NCBI GenBank assembly: GCA_903928055.1
Contig: CAIYPG010000076.1
Span: 87-64,086 of the forward strand
DNA: 64,000 bases
Direction: 5' to 3'
DNA from: an uncultured beta proteobacterium
GTDB lineage: Bacteria; Pseudomonadota; Gammaproteobacteria; Burkholderiales; SG8-39
A program made the position numbers and the translations under genes. Positions 51,250 through 62,700 of the stretch are shown here, piece by piece. The notes under the pieces are model-generated. The model was not told the DNA's origin and searched no databases. It worked only from the letters and a program-made list of their open reading frames with translations. The number at the start of each line of letters is the position of its first letter. Position 1 is the first letter of the stretch.

Positions 51250-52443
51250 TCACCTTTCCGGAGTGGCGGTGATGCGGTGAATGGACAAATCGGCGCCATT
51301 CAACTCCTGTTCCGGATCCAGCCGTATCCCGAATATCAGCTTGATCGTACCGTAGACCAAAAGGCCACCGGAGAATCCGACTGCCACCCCGAGACCCGTT
51401 CCGGCAAGTTGGGCCATGAATGATACCCCGCCCATTCCTCCCAGAGCCTTTGAGCCGAAAATGCCGGCGGCAATGCCTCCCCAGGCACCGCACAGTCCGT
51501 GCAACGGCCAGACTCCCAGCACGTCGTCGATACGCCAGCGGTTTTGTGTCAGGGTAAACATGAATACGAAGATCAGCCCCGCCGCAGCGCCAACCACCAG
51601 CGCCCCAACCGGATGCATGACATCGGAGCCCGCACACACCGCCACCAGGCCTGCAAGCGGTCCGTTGTGGACAAAGCCCGGATCGTTGCGCCCTGCGATC
51701 AATGCGGCCAGAGTCCCGCCAACCATTGCCATCAGCGAATTCACTGCCACCAGGCCACTGACCTTGTCCAGCGTCTGCGCAGACATCACGTTGAAGCCGA
51801 ACCAGCCCACCGCCAGCACCCAGGCACCCAACGCCAGAAACGGGATGTTCGAGGGCGGATGAGCCACCATGGGCTTGCCATCCTTGGCATAGCGACCGCT
51901 GCGGGCACCAAGCAGCAATACTGCGCCAAGCCCTATCCATCCACCGACCGCATGGACCACGACCGACCCCGCAAAGTCGTGGAATTCAGATCCAAAGGCC
52001 GACTTGATCCACGACTGCACGCCATATCGCTGGTTCCAGGCAATGCCTTCGAAGAAGGGATATACCAGCGCCACGATGCAGAAAGAGGCCAGAAGCTGGG
52101 ACCAGAATCGCGCGCGCTCGGCAATGCCCCCGGAGACAATGGCCGGCACTGCGGCCGCGAATGTCAGCAGGAAGAAAAACTTGACCAGTTCGTAGCCATT
52201 GCGCTGTGCCAGCGTTTCCGCATCCACAAGAAAGCCGCCGCCGTAGGCGATGGCATAGCCGATGAAAAAATAGGCCAGGGTCGAAACTGCAAAATCAGTC
52301 AGTATTTTCACCAGCGCATTGACCTGATTCTTGGATCGTACCGTTCCCAATTCAAGGAAAGCGAACCCGGAATGCATGGCCAGCACAAGGATTGCCCCCA
52401 GCAGCAGGAATAGCGTGTCTGCGCCAGTCTTGAGATTTTCCAT
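51250..52443 (-). CDS. Ammonium transporter (Amt family)
   Basis: DFAGSVVVH, GWFGFN, NGPLAGLVA, DDVLGVWPLHG (twin His); no adjacent glnK. Confidence 0.92.
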   Translation of the reverse strand: MENLKTGADTLFLLLGAILVLAMHSGFAFLELGTVRSKNQVNALVKILTDFAVSTLAYFFIGYAIAYGGGFLVDAETLAQRNGYELVKFFFLLTFAAAVPAIVSGGIAERARFWSQLLASFCIVALVYPFFEGIAWNQRYGVQSWIKSAFGSEFHDFAGSVVVHAVGGWIGLGAVLLLGARSGRYAKDGKPMVAHPPSNIPFLALGAWVLAVGWFGFNVMSAQTLDKVSGLVAVNSLMAMVGGTLAALIAGRNDPGFVHNGPLAGLVAVCAGSDVMHPVGALVVGAAAGLIFVFMFTLTQNRWRIDDVLGVWPLHGLCGAWGGIAAGIFGSKALGGMGGVSFMAQLAGTGLGVAVGFSGGLLVYGTIKLIFGIRLDPEQELNGADLSIHRITATPER

Positions 52444-52590
52444 TGCCCCTCCACTAATCATTTATTATTGACAGTCATATTCCGACCGTTCCGGGTAGCA
52501 TTATGCAATGTTGTATGCGAGCTTGCGTACTAGATATTGAATGGCTTGCACGGTTCGACATGACCGGGCGATGCCGTACACTGGCTCAAA

Positions 52591-53295
52591 ATGATTCCAT
52601 GGCTACGTCAAGACCTGACCTTTCCGCCCCTTGCGACAGCGCTGGTTGAGCCCAGCGGGTTGCTGGCGGCGGGCGGTGACTTGTCTCCCGGCCGACTCCT
52701 TGCCGCCTACCGGCTGGGCATATTCCCATGGTATTCGGAAGGAGACCCCATCCTCTGGTGGAGCCCGGACCCGCGCATGGTGCTATTCCCATCAGAGTTC
52801 AGGATCAACCGCTCCCTGGCTAAGACGCTCAGGAATCGCCACTACGCCATTTATTTCGACACCGCCTTTGAAGCAGTCATGGAGGCCTGCGCAGCCCCTC
52901 GATCCAGCCAGCCCGGAACCTGGATTTCCACCGAAATGAAGGCGGCCTACTGCCGCCTTCATGAACTGGGCCATGCCCATTCAGTCGAGACCTGGATCGA
53001 CGGAACACTTGCCGGCGGCCTGTATGGCGTCGCCCTAGGGCGAGCGTTCTTTGGAGAATCGATGTTTTCACGGGAACGGGATGCCTCCAAGGTCGCTCTC
53101 GCCGCGCTGGTTTCGCACCTTGACCGCGAAGGCTTTGGCATCATCGACTGTCAGATGCATACCAGCCATCTGGAATCCCTTGGCGCACGCCCCATCCCGA
53201 GGACGGCCTTTTCCAGGCTGCTCGGAGAATTGGTAGACTATCCACGGGATCTTGGCAGGTGGACTACTGCTTCATTCAGCCATTCACCGACTTAA
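52591..53295 (+). CDS. aat: Leucyl/phenylalanyl-tRNA-protein transferase
   Basis: [36 protein letters not shown]. Confidence 0.95.
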   Translation: MIPWLRQDLTFPPLATALVEPSGLLAAGGDLSPGRLLAAYRLGIFPWYSEGDPILWWSPDPRMVLFPSEFRINRSLAKTLRNRHYAIYFDTAFEAVMEACAAPRSSQPGTWISTEMKAAYCRLHELGHAHSVETWIDGTLAGGLYGVALGRAFFGESMFSRERDASKVALAALVSHLDREGFGIIDCQMHTSHLESLGARPIPRTAFSRLLGELVDYPRDLGRWTTASFSHSPT

Positions 53296-53309
53296 TTCGC
53301 GATGCGCCC

Positions 53310-54056
53310 ATGTCCAAGCTGAACGATCTGCCGCATACCGTACTGCAGTTTTACGTGACTGCGCCGTATCCCTGCAGCTATCTTTCGGGTCGGCTGGCAC
53401 GCTCTCAGGTTGCGACACCCAGCCATCTGATTGGCAGCGAGTTGTACGGTGACTTGGTGCGCGCCGGCTTTCGCCGATCCGGCATCTTCACCTATCGTCC
53501 CTACTGCGATCATTGCCAGGCCTGCGTCCCAGTACGCGTTCCAGTGGAGGCGTTCACTCCGAGCCGAAGCCAGCGCAGGGCTCTGCGCAGACACCAGGGC
53601 TTGGTGCCGACCTTGGCCAACCTGCGGTTTCGCGTTGAACACTACGCGCTCTATCTGCGCTATCAGGCAAGCCGCCACGCCGGCGGCGGTATGGATCAGG
53701 ACAGCCGGGACCAGTATGCCCATTTTCTGCTGCAAAGCCGCGTCAATACGCGGCTGGCCGAGTTTCGCGAAGACAACCGCCTCCTGATGGTTTCCATTCT
53801 TGACCAATTGAACGATGGCCTTTCGTCCGTCTACACGTTCTTCGAACCAGACGTGCTCAATACCAGTTTCGGCACTTACAACATCATCTGGCAGATTGAG
53901 CAGTGTCGGGCACTGGGGCTGCCCTACCTTTATCTGGGCTACTGGATAAGGGACAGCCGGAAAATGGCCTACAAGGCAGGCTTCCGCCCGATTGAAGGCT
54001 TTGTCGACGGACAGTGGCGACAACTGACCGAAGCGGAGATCAAGGGCTTGGCGTGA
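53310..54056 (+). CDS. bpt: Aspartate/glutamate leucyltransferase (ATE-like)
   Basis: [37 protein letters not shown]. Confidence 0.9.
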   Translation: MSKLNDLPHTVLQFYVTAPYPCSYLSGRLARSQVATPSHLIGSELYGDLVRAGFRRSGIFTYRPYCDHCQACVPVRVPVEAFTPSRSQRRALRRHQGLVPTLANLRFRVEHYALYLRYQASRHAGGGMDQDSRDQYAHFLLQSRVNTRLAEFREDNRLLMVSILDQLNDGLSSVYTFFEPDVLNTSFGTYNIIWQIEQCRALGLPYLYLGYWIRDSRKMAYKAGFRPIEGFVDGQWRQLTEAEIKGLA

Positions 54057-54077
54057 TTCAATTGCTACAATAGCGAC

Positions 54078-55088
54078 ATGCTTTATCGCGTTGTCCGCCC
54101 CCTGATGTTCCGGCTGGATCCGGAAACGGCACATTCCCTCACGCTCAGATCCCTGGCCATGCTGCAATCAGCGGGCATGGCCAAACTGCTGGCAGGCAGG
54201 ATTGCGCACAAGCCCGTCCGAGTCATGGGACTGGACTTTCCCAATCCTGTGGGTCTTGCTGCCGGCCTCGACAAACATGCCGAATTCGTTGATGCGCTGG
54301 CATCGCTTGGCTTCGGTTTTCTCGAAGTCGGCGGTGTAACCCCACGACCCCAGCCCGGCAATGCCCGCCCGCGCGTATTCCGACTGCCCACCGCCGAAGC
54401 CATCATCAACCGGTTCGGATTCAACAGCGTCGGCGCAGAAAAATTTGCCAAGAATCTCCGCCTCGCACGTTTCAAGGGCATTCTTGGCGTCAATTTGGGC
54501 AAGAACAAGGACACGCCCATTTGCAATGCCGCCCAGGACTATGCGTATTCACTGGAGAAAATTTATCCGCTGGCCCACTTTGCCACCATCAATATTTCCT
54601 CCCCGAACACCGCAAACCTGCGCGACCTTCAGTCGGCCGACGAACTGGCGCCACTGCTAGCGACCCTGCACCGGGTGCGGGAAGACCTTGCCCAGCAGCA
54701 CGGACGGCGGGTTGCACTAGCCGTGAAAATCGCCCCGGACATTGACGATGCTGGGATTGAAGCCATTGCCAGTGTGGCTGTTGAGCAGAAAATGGATGCA
54801 ATCATCGCCACCAATACCACCCTGTCCCGTGAAGGCGTGCGCGGCATGAGGCATGCCGAAGAGCAGGGCGGGTTATCTGGGGCGCCGCTGCGCGAAGCCT
54901 CGACAGTGGTGATCCGCAAGCTCTCGCGTGCACTGGATGGAGCATTGCCGATCATCGGTGTTGGCGGCATTATGTCCGCTGAACATGCTCGCGAAAAACT
55001 CGATGCCGGCGCCAGTCTGCTCCAGCTTTACTGCGGACTCGTCTATCGCGGCCCCGGCGTGGTGGCCGACATCGTCAACGGCCTGTAA
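54078..55088 (+). CDS. pyrD: Quinone-dependent dihydroorotate dehydrogenase
   Basis: NPVGLAAGLDK, INRFGFN, NISSPNT, KIAPD, TNTT, GGLSG. Confidence 0.95.
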   Translation: MLYRVVRPLMFRLDPETAHSLTLRSLAMLQSAGMAKLLAGRIAHKPVRVMGLDFPNPVGLAAGLDKHAEFVDALASLGFGFLEVGGVTPRPQPGNARPRVFRLPTAEAIINRFGFNSVGAEKFAKNLRLARFKGILGVNLGKNKDTPICNAAQDYAYSLEKIYPLAHFATINISSPNTANLRDLQSADELAPLLATLHRVREDLAQQHGRRVALAVKIAPDIDDAGIEAIASVAVEQKMDAIIATNTTLSREGVRGMRHAEEQGGLSGAPLREASTVVIRKLSRALDGALPIIGVGGIMSAEHAREKLDAGASLLQLYCGLVYRGPGVVADIVNGL

Positions 55089-55718
55089 ATGGCATCCATC
55101 GACCAGCCAAAGGTCGCGGACATTGATGCCCTCCTCCCGCAAACGCAGTGCACGAAATGCGGGTATCCGGGCTGCCGTCCATATGCCGAGGCCATTTCTT
55201 CCGGGACAGCGGACATCAATCAGTGCCCGCCGGGAGGGGAATCCGGGATTCGCGCGCTCGCCATCTTGCTTGGGCGGCCCTACATCCCCCTCAATCCGGC
55301 CAATGGCGTGGAGACACCGCGTCGCGTCGCGTTGATCGACGAGCAATCCTGCATTGGCTGCACGCTTTGCATTCAGGTCTGCCCGGTCGATGCCATCGTC
55401 GGGTCGGCAAAGTACATGCATACGGTGATCACCGACCATTGCACCGGATGCAACCTTTGTTTGCCCCCCTGCCCTGTCGACTGCATTACCATGGCTCCGA
55501 TGGCCGATGGCGACACCCCTTGGACAGTCAGCCAGGCCGGCCTTGCACGCAAACACCACGAACGCCGAGAACAACGACTGCGCTCGGGCCGAGACATGCC
55601 AGACGGGCAATCGGGATACTCCGCATCTTCAAGCAGCTTCGACGCCGTGAAACAAACGCTGGCGATGGCTGCGATTGCCCGCGCCCGGGCAAAACGCCGG
55701 AAATCCGCACTCCGATGA
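55089..55718 (+). CDS. rnfB: RnfB/RsxB-like ferredoxin (stand-alone)
   Basis: [38 protein letters not shown]. Confidence 0.85.
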   Translation: MASIDQPKVADIDALLPQTQCTKCGYPGCRPYAEAISSGTADINQCPPGGESGIRALAILLGRPYIPLNPANGVETPRRVALIDEQSCIGCTLCIQVCPVDAIVGSAKYMHTVITDHCTGCNLCLPPCPVDCITMAPMADGDTPWTVSQAGLARKHHERREQRLRSGRDMPDGQSGYSASSSSFDAVKQTLAMAAIARARAKRRKSALR

Positions 55719-56356
55719 ATCCCGAAAAGAGACGGCGGATATTCGAGCGGCTGCGCTCGGCAAACCCCAAACCCGCCACCGAACTCGTTTACCGCACGCC
55801 TTTTGAGTTGCTGATTGCGGTCATGCTTTCTGCCCAAGCGACTGACAAGAGCGTCAACCTTGCCACCCATGGACTGTTCACACGCGCCAATGCGCCGCGA
55901 GGCATCCTGGAACTCGGCGAAACCCGGCTTATCTCGCACATCAAGACCATCGGGCTGTTTCGCACCAAGGCAAGGCACATCATCGAGACCTGCCGTATTC
56001 TCGTCGAAAAACATGGCAGCAGGGTCCCAGAATCGAGAGAAGCACTCGAAGCATTGCCAGGTGTCGGCAGAAAAACCGCAAATGTCATCCTGAATACGGC
56101 ATTCGGGCATCCGACAATCGCCGTAGACACCCATATCTTCCGTGTGGCAAACCGGACCGGACTGGCACCAGGCAAGGATGTCCGCCAAGTTGAGGACAAA
56201 CTGCTCAAATTCGTGCCCGAAGAGTATCGCCTGGATGCACACCACTGGCTGATCCTGCATGGCCGTTACGTGTGCAAGGCACGTGCGCCAGAATGCCCAC
56301 AATGCAAAATCGGCGACCTGTGCGAATTCCGCGCAAAAACCAAGGCAGCGCGCTGA
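55715..56356 (+). CDS. nth: Endonuclease III
   Basis: [23 protein letters not shown]-x6-C-x2-C-x5-C. Confidence 0.95.
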   Translation: MNPEKRRRIFERLRSANPKPATELVYRTPFELLIAVMLSAQATDKSVNLATHGLFTRANAPRGILELGETRLISHIKTIGLFRTKARHIIETCRILVEKHGSRVPESREALEALPGVGRKTANVILNTAFGHPTIAVDTHIFRVANRTGLAPGKDVRQVEDKLLKFVPEEYRLDAHHWLILHGRYVCKARAPECPQCKIGDLCEFRAKTKAAR

Positions 56357-56778
56357 TGTTCAATCCCAGCCGCGAGCAGGTTCGTCGGTTTTTTTCCGAA
56401 ACATGGGATAAGTACCGGCTTGGCGCTCCGCTGGCCGGTGCTGAGCAACAGGCGCTGGACGCCATCCTGCTCCACCCCGAGTATCACGACCTGCTGACCC
56501 GCCCCGATGAATCGGTTCAGGCGGAGTACACGCCGGAAACAGGACAGATGAATCCATTCCTGCATCTGAGCTTGCACCTGGCCATTGAAGAGCAACTGGC
56601 GATTGACCAACCGGCCGGCATTCGTGCCGAATTCCAGCGCATTCTCCGCGAGGCGGAAGACCGTCACGAAGCGCTGCACAAGGTGCTGGAGTGCCTCGGC
56701 GAATCAATCTGGCAGGCTCAGCGCAACGGCGCACCGCTTGACGGCACATCCTACCTGGATTGTCTGCGACATCACTGA
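56356..56778 (+). CDS. DUF1841 family protein
   Basis: [30 protein letters not shown]. Confidence 0.82.
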   Translation: MFNPSREQVRRFFSETWDKYRLGAPLAGAEQQALDAILLHPEYHDLLTRPDESVQAEYTPETGQMNPFLHLSLHLAIEEQLAIDQPAGIRAEFQRILREAEDRHEALHKVLECLGESIWQAQRNGAPLDGTSYLDCLRHH

Positions 56779-56803
56779 CCAAAAAGTGTCAGGCACAAAC
56801 AAG

Positions 56804-56825
56804 AACGGCGACCGAAGCCGCCGTT
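56804..56825 (-). terminator. Putative terminator hairpin
   Basis: AACGGCG-N8-CGCCGTT followed by a T-rich run on the minus strand. Confidence 0.5.
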
Positions 56826-56845
56826 TGCAATGCCAACCCGCCGGC

Positions 56846-57181
56846 TCAGTGCTTGACGTACAAGGGCCCGGTTCTGGAAGAGAACCATGCCGTCACATCG
56901 TCAATGTCCTTGGCACTCAATGCCTGCGCCTGTCCACCCATGATGGCGTTCTTGCGGGCGCCGGACTTGTAGTCCTTCAATGCTTTGGCAAGGTAGTCGA
57001 CATGCTGCCCCGCAAGTACCGGATACTCCGGTTGCAGCGGCTTGTCGCCATTTTCCCCATGACAAGCTCCACATACCGCCTTGGCCTTGGCCTGGCCCGC
57101 AGCAATGTCACCACCGGCAACTGCAGCAGCCGAATAGGCCGACGCCAATCCGCAAATCAGTATCGCGAAAAGCCCCCTCAT
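56846..57181 (-). CDS. Monoheme cytochrome c (c553/c4-like)
   Basis: Signal peptide, CGACHG, PVLAGQ, distal Met. Confidence 0.88.
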   Translation of the reverse strand: MRGLFAILICGLASAYSAAAVAGGDIAAGQAKAKAVCGACHGENGDKPLQPEYPVLAGQHVDYLAKALKDYKSGARKNAIMGGQAQALSAKDIDDVTAWFSSRTGPLYVKH

Positions 57182-57519
57182 TTGCCCGCCCCCCCGTAAT
57201 AAGCCGCAAGGGCCGCCATGTCCTGATCCGAAAGCGACCTGGCAATCCCCGTCATGGAAGGATGGCTGCGTTCACCCGCACGGTAAGCCTGCAATGCCTT
57301 CACGATGTACGCAGGCGACTGTCCGGCAATCTTGGGCACGTGGTAGACCATCGGAAATGCCGTGTGGTAGTTCTCAAGCCCGTGGCAGCCAATGCACATC
57401 GAGATGTGCCCCCGGGTGGCCGGCGTCGGACTGGCCGGAGCTGCCGACTGCGCATGAGCTCCCCCGGCGAACAGTCCGATGGCGAGTACCGCGCCAATCT
57501 TTCCCATCACAATTCTCAT
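57178..57519 (-). CDS. Monoheme cytochrome c (c553/c4-like)
   Basis: Signal peptide, CIGCHG, PKIAGQ, HPSM. Confidence 0.88.
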   Translation of the reverse strand: MRIVMGKIGAVLAIGLFAGGAHAQSAAPASPTPATRGHISMCIGCHGLENYHTAFPMVYHVPKIAGQSPAYIVKALQAYRAGERSHPSMTGIARSLSDQDMAALAAYYGGAGK

Positions 57520-57711
57520 TATGGAATCTCAATTAAAAGGTCACGGCGCGGAATCGCCTGACAAGCGCGCGATTTTAGCTGAAGCCCGCCAATCAGGTCA
57601 AAACCCTCGGCCAATGTAGAAGTCCGAAGTGCGCATTTGCGACCGGCTTACGGTACCTTGAACACATCGCTATAATGACGGCCTTCACTCCCTAAAGGCA
57701 AGGCTTCCGTC

Positions 57712-58557
57712 ATGCGCTTCCAAGGCTCCTCCACCTATGTCGCCACTGATGATCTCATGCTCGCGGTCAACGCAGCCGTCACACTGGAACGCCCACTGCT
57801 GGTCAAGGGCGAGCCCGGAACCGGCAAGACAAAACTGGCTGAGGAAGTCGCCAGTGCGCTCGGCATGCCGCTTCTTGAATGGCACGTCAAATCGACCACA
57901 AAGGCGCAGCAGGGTCTCTATGAATATGATGCCGTGTCGCGCCTGCGCGACTCGCAGCTTGGAGACCAGCGCGTCAAGGACATCTCGAACTACATCGTCA
58001 AGGGAACGTTGTGGCAGGCATTCTCCTACGACAAGCCCGTGGTACTGCTGATTGACGAGGTCGACAAGGCGGACATCGAGTTCCCCAATGACCTGCTGCG
58101 GGAACTCGACCGCATGGAGTTCTTTGTTTATGAGACACGTGAATTGGTCAAAGCCAAGCACCGGCCCATCGTGTTCATCACCTCCAACAATGAAAAAGAG
58201 CTGCCCGATGCCTTCCTGCGCCGGTGCTTTTTCCATTACATCCGGTTCCCCGACAAGGAAACCATGGAAAAAATCGTCGAGGTCCACTACCCCGGCATCA
58301 AGCAGACGTTGTTGCGCGAGGCACTGCGCACGTTCTTCGAAGTCCGGGAAGTCCCCGGCCTGAAAAAGAAGCCATCGACATCGGAGTTGCTTGACTGGCT
58401 GAAGCTGCTGCTGGCCGAAGACATTCCTCCGGACGCGCTGCGCAGCCAGGACAACAAGAAAATCATCCCGCCGCTTCACGGCGCACTGCTCAAGAATGAG
58501 CAGGATGTCCATCTGTTTGAAAAGCTGGTGTTCATGACACGCCAGAGCCGCAACTAG
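57712..58557 (+). CDS. MoxR-family AAA+ ATPase
   Basis: GEPGTGKT, LLIDEVDKAD, ELPDAFLRRC. Confidence 0.92.
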   Translation: MRFQGSSTYVATDDLMLAVNAAVTLERPLLVKGEPGTGKTKLAEEVASALGMPLLEWHVKSTTKAQQGLYEYDAVSRLRDSQLGDQRVKDISNYIVKGTLWQAFSYDKPVVLLIDEVDKADIEFPNDLLRELDRMEFFVYETRELVKAKHRPIVFITSNNEKELPDAFLRRCFFHYIRFPDKETMEKIVEVHYPGIKQTLLREALRTFFEVREVPGLKKKPSTSELLDWLKLLLAEDIPPDALRSQDNKKIIPPLHGALLKNEQDVHLFEKLVFMTRQSRN

Positions 58558-58587
58558 TCCCCACCCTCCCAGGACAGCGCACGCACC

Positions 58588-59763
58588 ATGCTCGCCGGTT
58601 TTTTCCTGAAGCTGAAGGAAGCCAAGATTCCGGTTTCCATCAAGGAATACCTCACATTGATGGAAGGGATGAAACAAGGCGTCATCTCGCCCTCGATCGA
58701 GGACTTCTACTACCTGTCACGCATGACGCTGGTGAAGGACGAGGCAAACTACGACAAGTTCGACAAGGCCTTCGGTGCGTTCTTCCATGGCGTAGAGACG
58801 CTGGTGGGCGCCCAGATTGACCTGCCGCTGGAATGGCTGCTCAAACAGGCGGAGTTGCACCTTTCCCCTGAAGAAAAAGCCGCCATTGAGGGCATGGGCG
58901 GCTGGGAAAAGCTCATGGAAACGCTCAAACAGCGCCTTGAAGAGCAGAAGGAGCGGCATCAGGGCGGCAATAAGATGATCGGCACGGCGGGAACATCGCC
59001 CTTTGGAGCCTTTGGCTACAACCCTGAGGGCGTACGCATCGGCCAGAAGAAGTCCCGCAACCGCAGTGCGGTGAAAGTCTGGGACCAGCGCGAGTATCGC
59101 AACCTCGACGACAAGATAGAACTGGGCACGCGCAACCTGAAAATTGCGCTGCGGCGCCTTCGTCGCTTTGCCAGGGAAGGCGCACCGGACGAACTGGACC
59201 TGGACGGCACCATCAACCGCACGGCCAAGAACGCCGGATATCTGGACATCGCCATGCGGCCCGAACGCCGCAACACTGTCAAAGTGCTGATGTTTCTGGA
59301 CATCGGCGGCTCGATGGATGATCACATCAAGCTGTGCGAAGAACTGTTCTCGGCATCGAAAACCGAGTTCAAGCACCTGGAGTATTTCTACTTCCACAAC
59401 TGCCTATACGACTACGTGTGGAAAGACAACAAGCGCCGGCGCGAAGAACGTACCCGCACCTGGGACATCCTGCACAAGTACAGCCACGACTACAAGATCA
59501 TCTTTGTCGGCGATGCATCGATGAGCCCCTACGAAATCCTTGAACCCGGCGGTTCGGTCGAATACCACAACGATGAAGCCGGCAAGGTCTGGATGCAACG
59601 GATGCTGGATGTCTACCACAAGGCCATCTGGCTCAACCCGGAACCCGAGGAGGTCTGGTCCTATCGCCAGTCCACCCAGATCATCAAGGAAGTCATGGGA
59701 AATCGCATGTTTCCCACAACCATCGGCGGAATCGAGCGCGCCATGCGCGCATTGAACAAGTAG
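58588..59763 (+). CDS. VWA domain protein (MoxR partner)
   Basis: DIGGSMD MIDAS-like motif, YFHNC, VGDASM. Confidence 0.88.
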   Translation: MLAGFFLKLKEAKIPVSIKEYLTLMEGMKQGVISPSIEDFYYLSRMTLVKDEANYDKFDKAFGAFFHGVETLVGAQIDLPLEWLLKQAELHLSPEEKAAIEGMGGWEKLMETLKQRLEEQKERHQGGNKMIGTAGTSPFGAFGYNPEGVRIGQKKSRNRSAVKVWDQREYRNLDDKIELGTRNLKIALRRLRRFAREGAPDELDLDGTINRTAKNAGYLDIAMRPERRNTVKVLMFLDIGGSMDDHIKLCEELFSASKTEFKHLEYFYFHNCLYDYVWKDNKRRREERTRTWDILHKYSHDYKIIFVGDASMSPYEILEPGGSVEYHNDEAGKVWMQRMLDVYHKAIWLNPEPEEVWSYRQSTQIIKEVMGNRMFPTTIGGIERAMRALNK

Positions 59764-59778
59764 CCGGAGAAGACTGGT

Positions 59779-62700
59779 TCAATTCCCGGTCCGGGGCACA
59801 AGGAAACAGGTTTCGAATTCAGTCGCCGGCACCGGCCTGCCGCCGTAGTAGCCCTGATATTCGTCGCATCCCATGCTCCTCAGCGTGGCAAGCTGTTCGG
59901 CGGTTTCGACGCCCTCGGCGATAACCCGCAACCGCAGGCTGTGCCCCATCTCGACCACTGCCCTGACGATGGCCTGATCATCGGCACTGGTCGGCAATTC
60001 AGCGACAAAGGACTGGTCTATTTTCACTGCACTGATCTGAAAGCGGCGCAGGTAGTTGAGCGAGGAGTAGCCCATACCAAAATCGTCGATCATCACCGCC
60101 ACGCCAAGTTCGCGGACCTGGCGCAGCACGGCAGCACTCTCCTCAACACCGCGGATCAGGGTCGTTTCGGTCATTTCGATTTCCAGCAATGCCGGTCTCA
60201 CCTGATGGCGGACAAGCGCCTCCCGTATCACATCCGGCAGGCTGTCTGCGAACTGCCGCGCGGAGACATTGACCGCCACGGAAATGGCACTGCGGCCCTT
60301 CCACCGTCCAATCTGCGCGCACACCTCCTCAATCACCCACCGGCCCAATGGAACGATCAGTCCGGTTTCTTCGAGTACCTGGATAAATGTTTCCGGCGAG
60401 AGAAGTCCCCGTACAGGATGGTTCCAGCGCAGCAAGGCTTCCGCCCCCGAAAGCACACCAGTGTCGGTCGTGAATTTCGGCTGAAAGTAAACGACAAATT
60501 GTCCCTGCTCAAACGCCCGGCGGATGCTCATCTCCAGATTCAGCCGATCCACCGCCCGGGCATTCATTTCTGGCGCAAAGAAACGGTAGCAATTGCGGCC
60601 GCTTTCCTTTGCAAAATACATTGCTGTATCAGCATTGCGCATCAGCGTCGGCGCATCAGTCCCATCGTCAGGAAATACACTGATGCCGACGCTGGCCGTG
60701 GAATTCAGCATGCTGCCGCCGATGCTGAAATTGTCCGACATGCTGCTGATGATCTTCTGGGCGACCTGCCCTGCGTCCTCCGCATGTTTCAAACCTTCCA
60801 GCACCACAACAAATTCATCCCCGCCGATGCGGGCCAGCGTATCCCCGCGACGCAGCGTCGCTTCAATCCTTGCCGCAACCTCTCCCAGCAGCATGTCGCC
60901 AACATCATGGCCAAGCGAGTCATTGATCTGCTTGAACCGGTCCAGGTCGATGAACATGATGGCCAGCAATTCACCCTGCCGTTTTGCGTTCACCAGCCCC
61001 TGCTGCAACCTGTCGCCCAGCAGCAAGCGGTTCGGCAGACCGGTCAAGGCATCCCGCGTGGCCAGTTCTTCAATGCGGCGCGCGCTGCGTTTGCGTTCGG
61101 TAATGTCGACAATTGAGGACAGGATGTAATGCTCTCCACCGAAATCGATCACCTCTGCCGACAGCAACACGTCCGCCTTCTCGCCTGAGCGGAGGTAGAA
61201 CTGCGCCTCCCGGTCGCGCACGGACGTGCCGGCGGCAAGCAACTGGATGACATGCTCACGCTCTGACGGGTCAACCCAGATATCCAACAGCCCCAGGTTG
61301 GTGCCGATGATTTCATCGCGCGACCAGCCAAACAACCGTTCCCAGGCATCATTGACATCAACATGCACGCCATCCTCGAAGCGGCTGATGACGATGGCCG
61401 CCGGACTGGACCGGAAGATCGTGGCAAAACGCTCCTCGGACTGTCGCAACAAACGCTCGGCACGCTTCATCTCGGTGATATCCACGATCTGGCACAGCAT
61501 CACCGGCTCCCCGCCCAGATCCAGGGACGATGCAGCAAAGAGCACATCCAGCACATCACCATCCTTGCGGTAGAACCGGGTTTCCGCGCCGGCCACCATC
61601 CCGTGCGTAAGCAACTCCGTCCGGATTGCATCCCGATCCTCAACGTCCACCCAGATATTCAAATCGGTGGTGGTGGTGCGTCCGAGCACCTCCGAGCGCT
61701 CATACCCCATCAGCAGCAGCCAGGCCTGATTGACTTCATAGAGATAGCCGTTGTCCACGCCGCTGATGGATATCGGCTGGGGGCTCGCCTGGATGATGTC
61801 TTCGAGGCGGCGCTTGGATTCACGCAGGCTCTGCTCGGCACGCTTCTGCACGGTGATGTTCCGGCCGACACCGCGATATCCCCGAAACACACCGGCGGCA
61901 TCAAAGTAGGGCACACCACTGGTTTCAATGTGACGCGGCTCGCCATTCTCGGCAGCGTATTCCCCCAGCAATCCGTGAAAAGGCTCACGCCTCTTCAATG
62001 CTCCGCAATGGGCCTCCCAATCATCCGCAGTCATGTTGCTGACCGGAAGCTCCCATGACAACTTGCCGATTACGTCCAGCGGATTCCGTCCCGTGGCCGC
62101 GCGGTACCCCGGAGACAGATAGGTATATCGAAGGTTCTCGTCCTGCTCCCACACCCAGTCGGCAGACAGATCGGAAAGACTCCGGAAACGGTCTTCGCTC
62201 GCCCGGGCCTGTTTGACGGCGCGACGGCGCTCGGCACTCACCGCAGCGAGTATCAGTGTCGTCAGCGCCAGAAACGTCAGAAAGCCATGAACGACAACCA
62301 GCTCCTGCCCCGGCTCGGTCGGAAACGGACTGAAACCATGAACCACGCCGGCTATGGCGATCGATGCAATCAGGACATTGAATGTCGCGACTTCACGCAA
62401 CCGCAGCTGAACGGCCGGCCAGAGCGCCAGTGAAAAAAGGACATACCAGAGGAGATACTGCAGTGGCCCGCCACCCACGCGAGTCGATAGAAAAGCCCCT
62501 GCCAGAAGGACGAACGCTGCAGCCATCGCTGGGCGTGCCAAGCGGGCAAGATCCCGGTCGAGCATGGGGCGCGCGGCCCAGGCAAGCAGCAGCGTCCCGA
62601 AATACATGGCCCCCTGCACATCGCCGGCCCACCAGCCCAGCCAGGCCTTGAACATCTGCGCGCCTGAAAAATATCCCAGCAGCACGAATGCACCGACCCC

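Noticed and set aside
55089-55718. Complete Rnf complex
   Set aside because: Only rnfB is present, next to nth, a common arrangement in Betaproteobacteria
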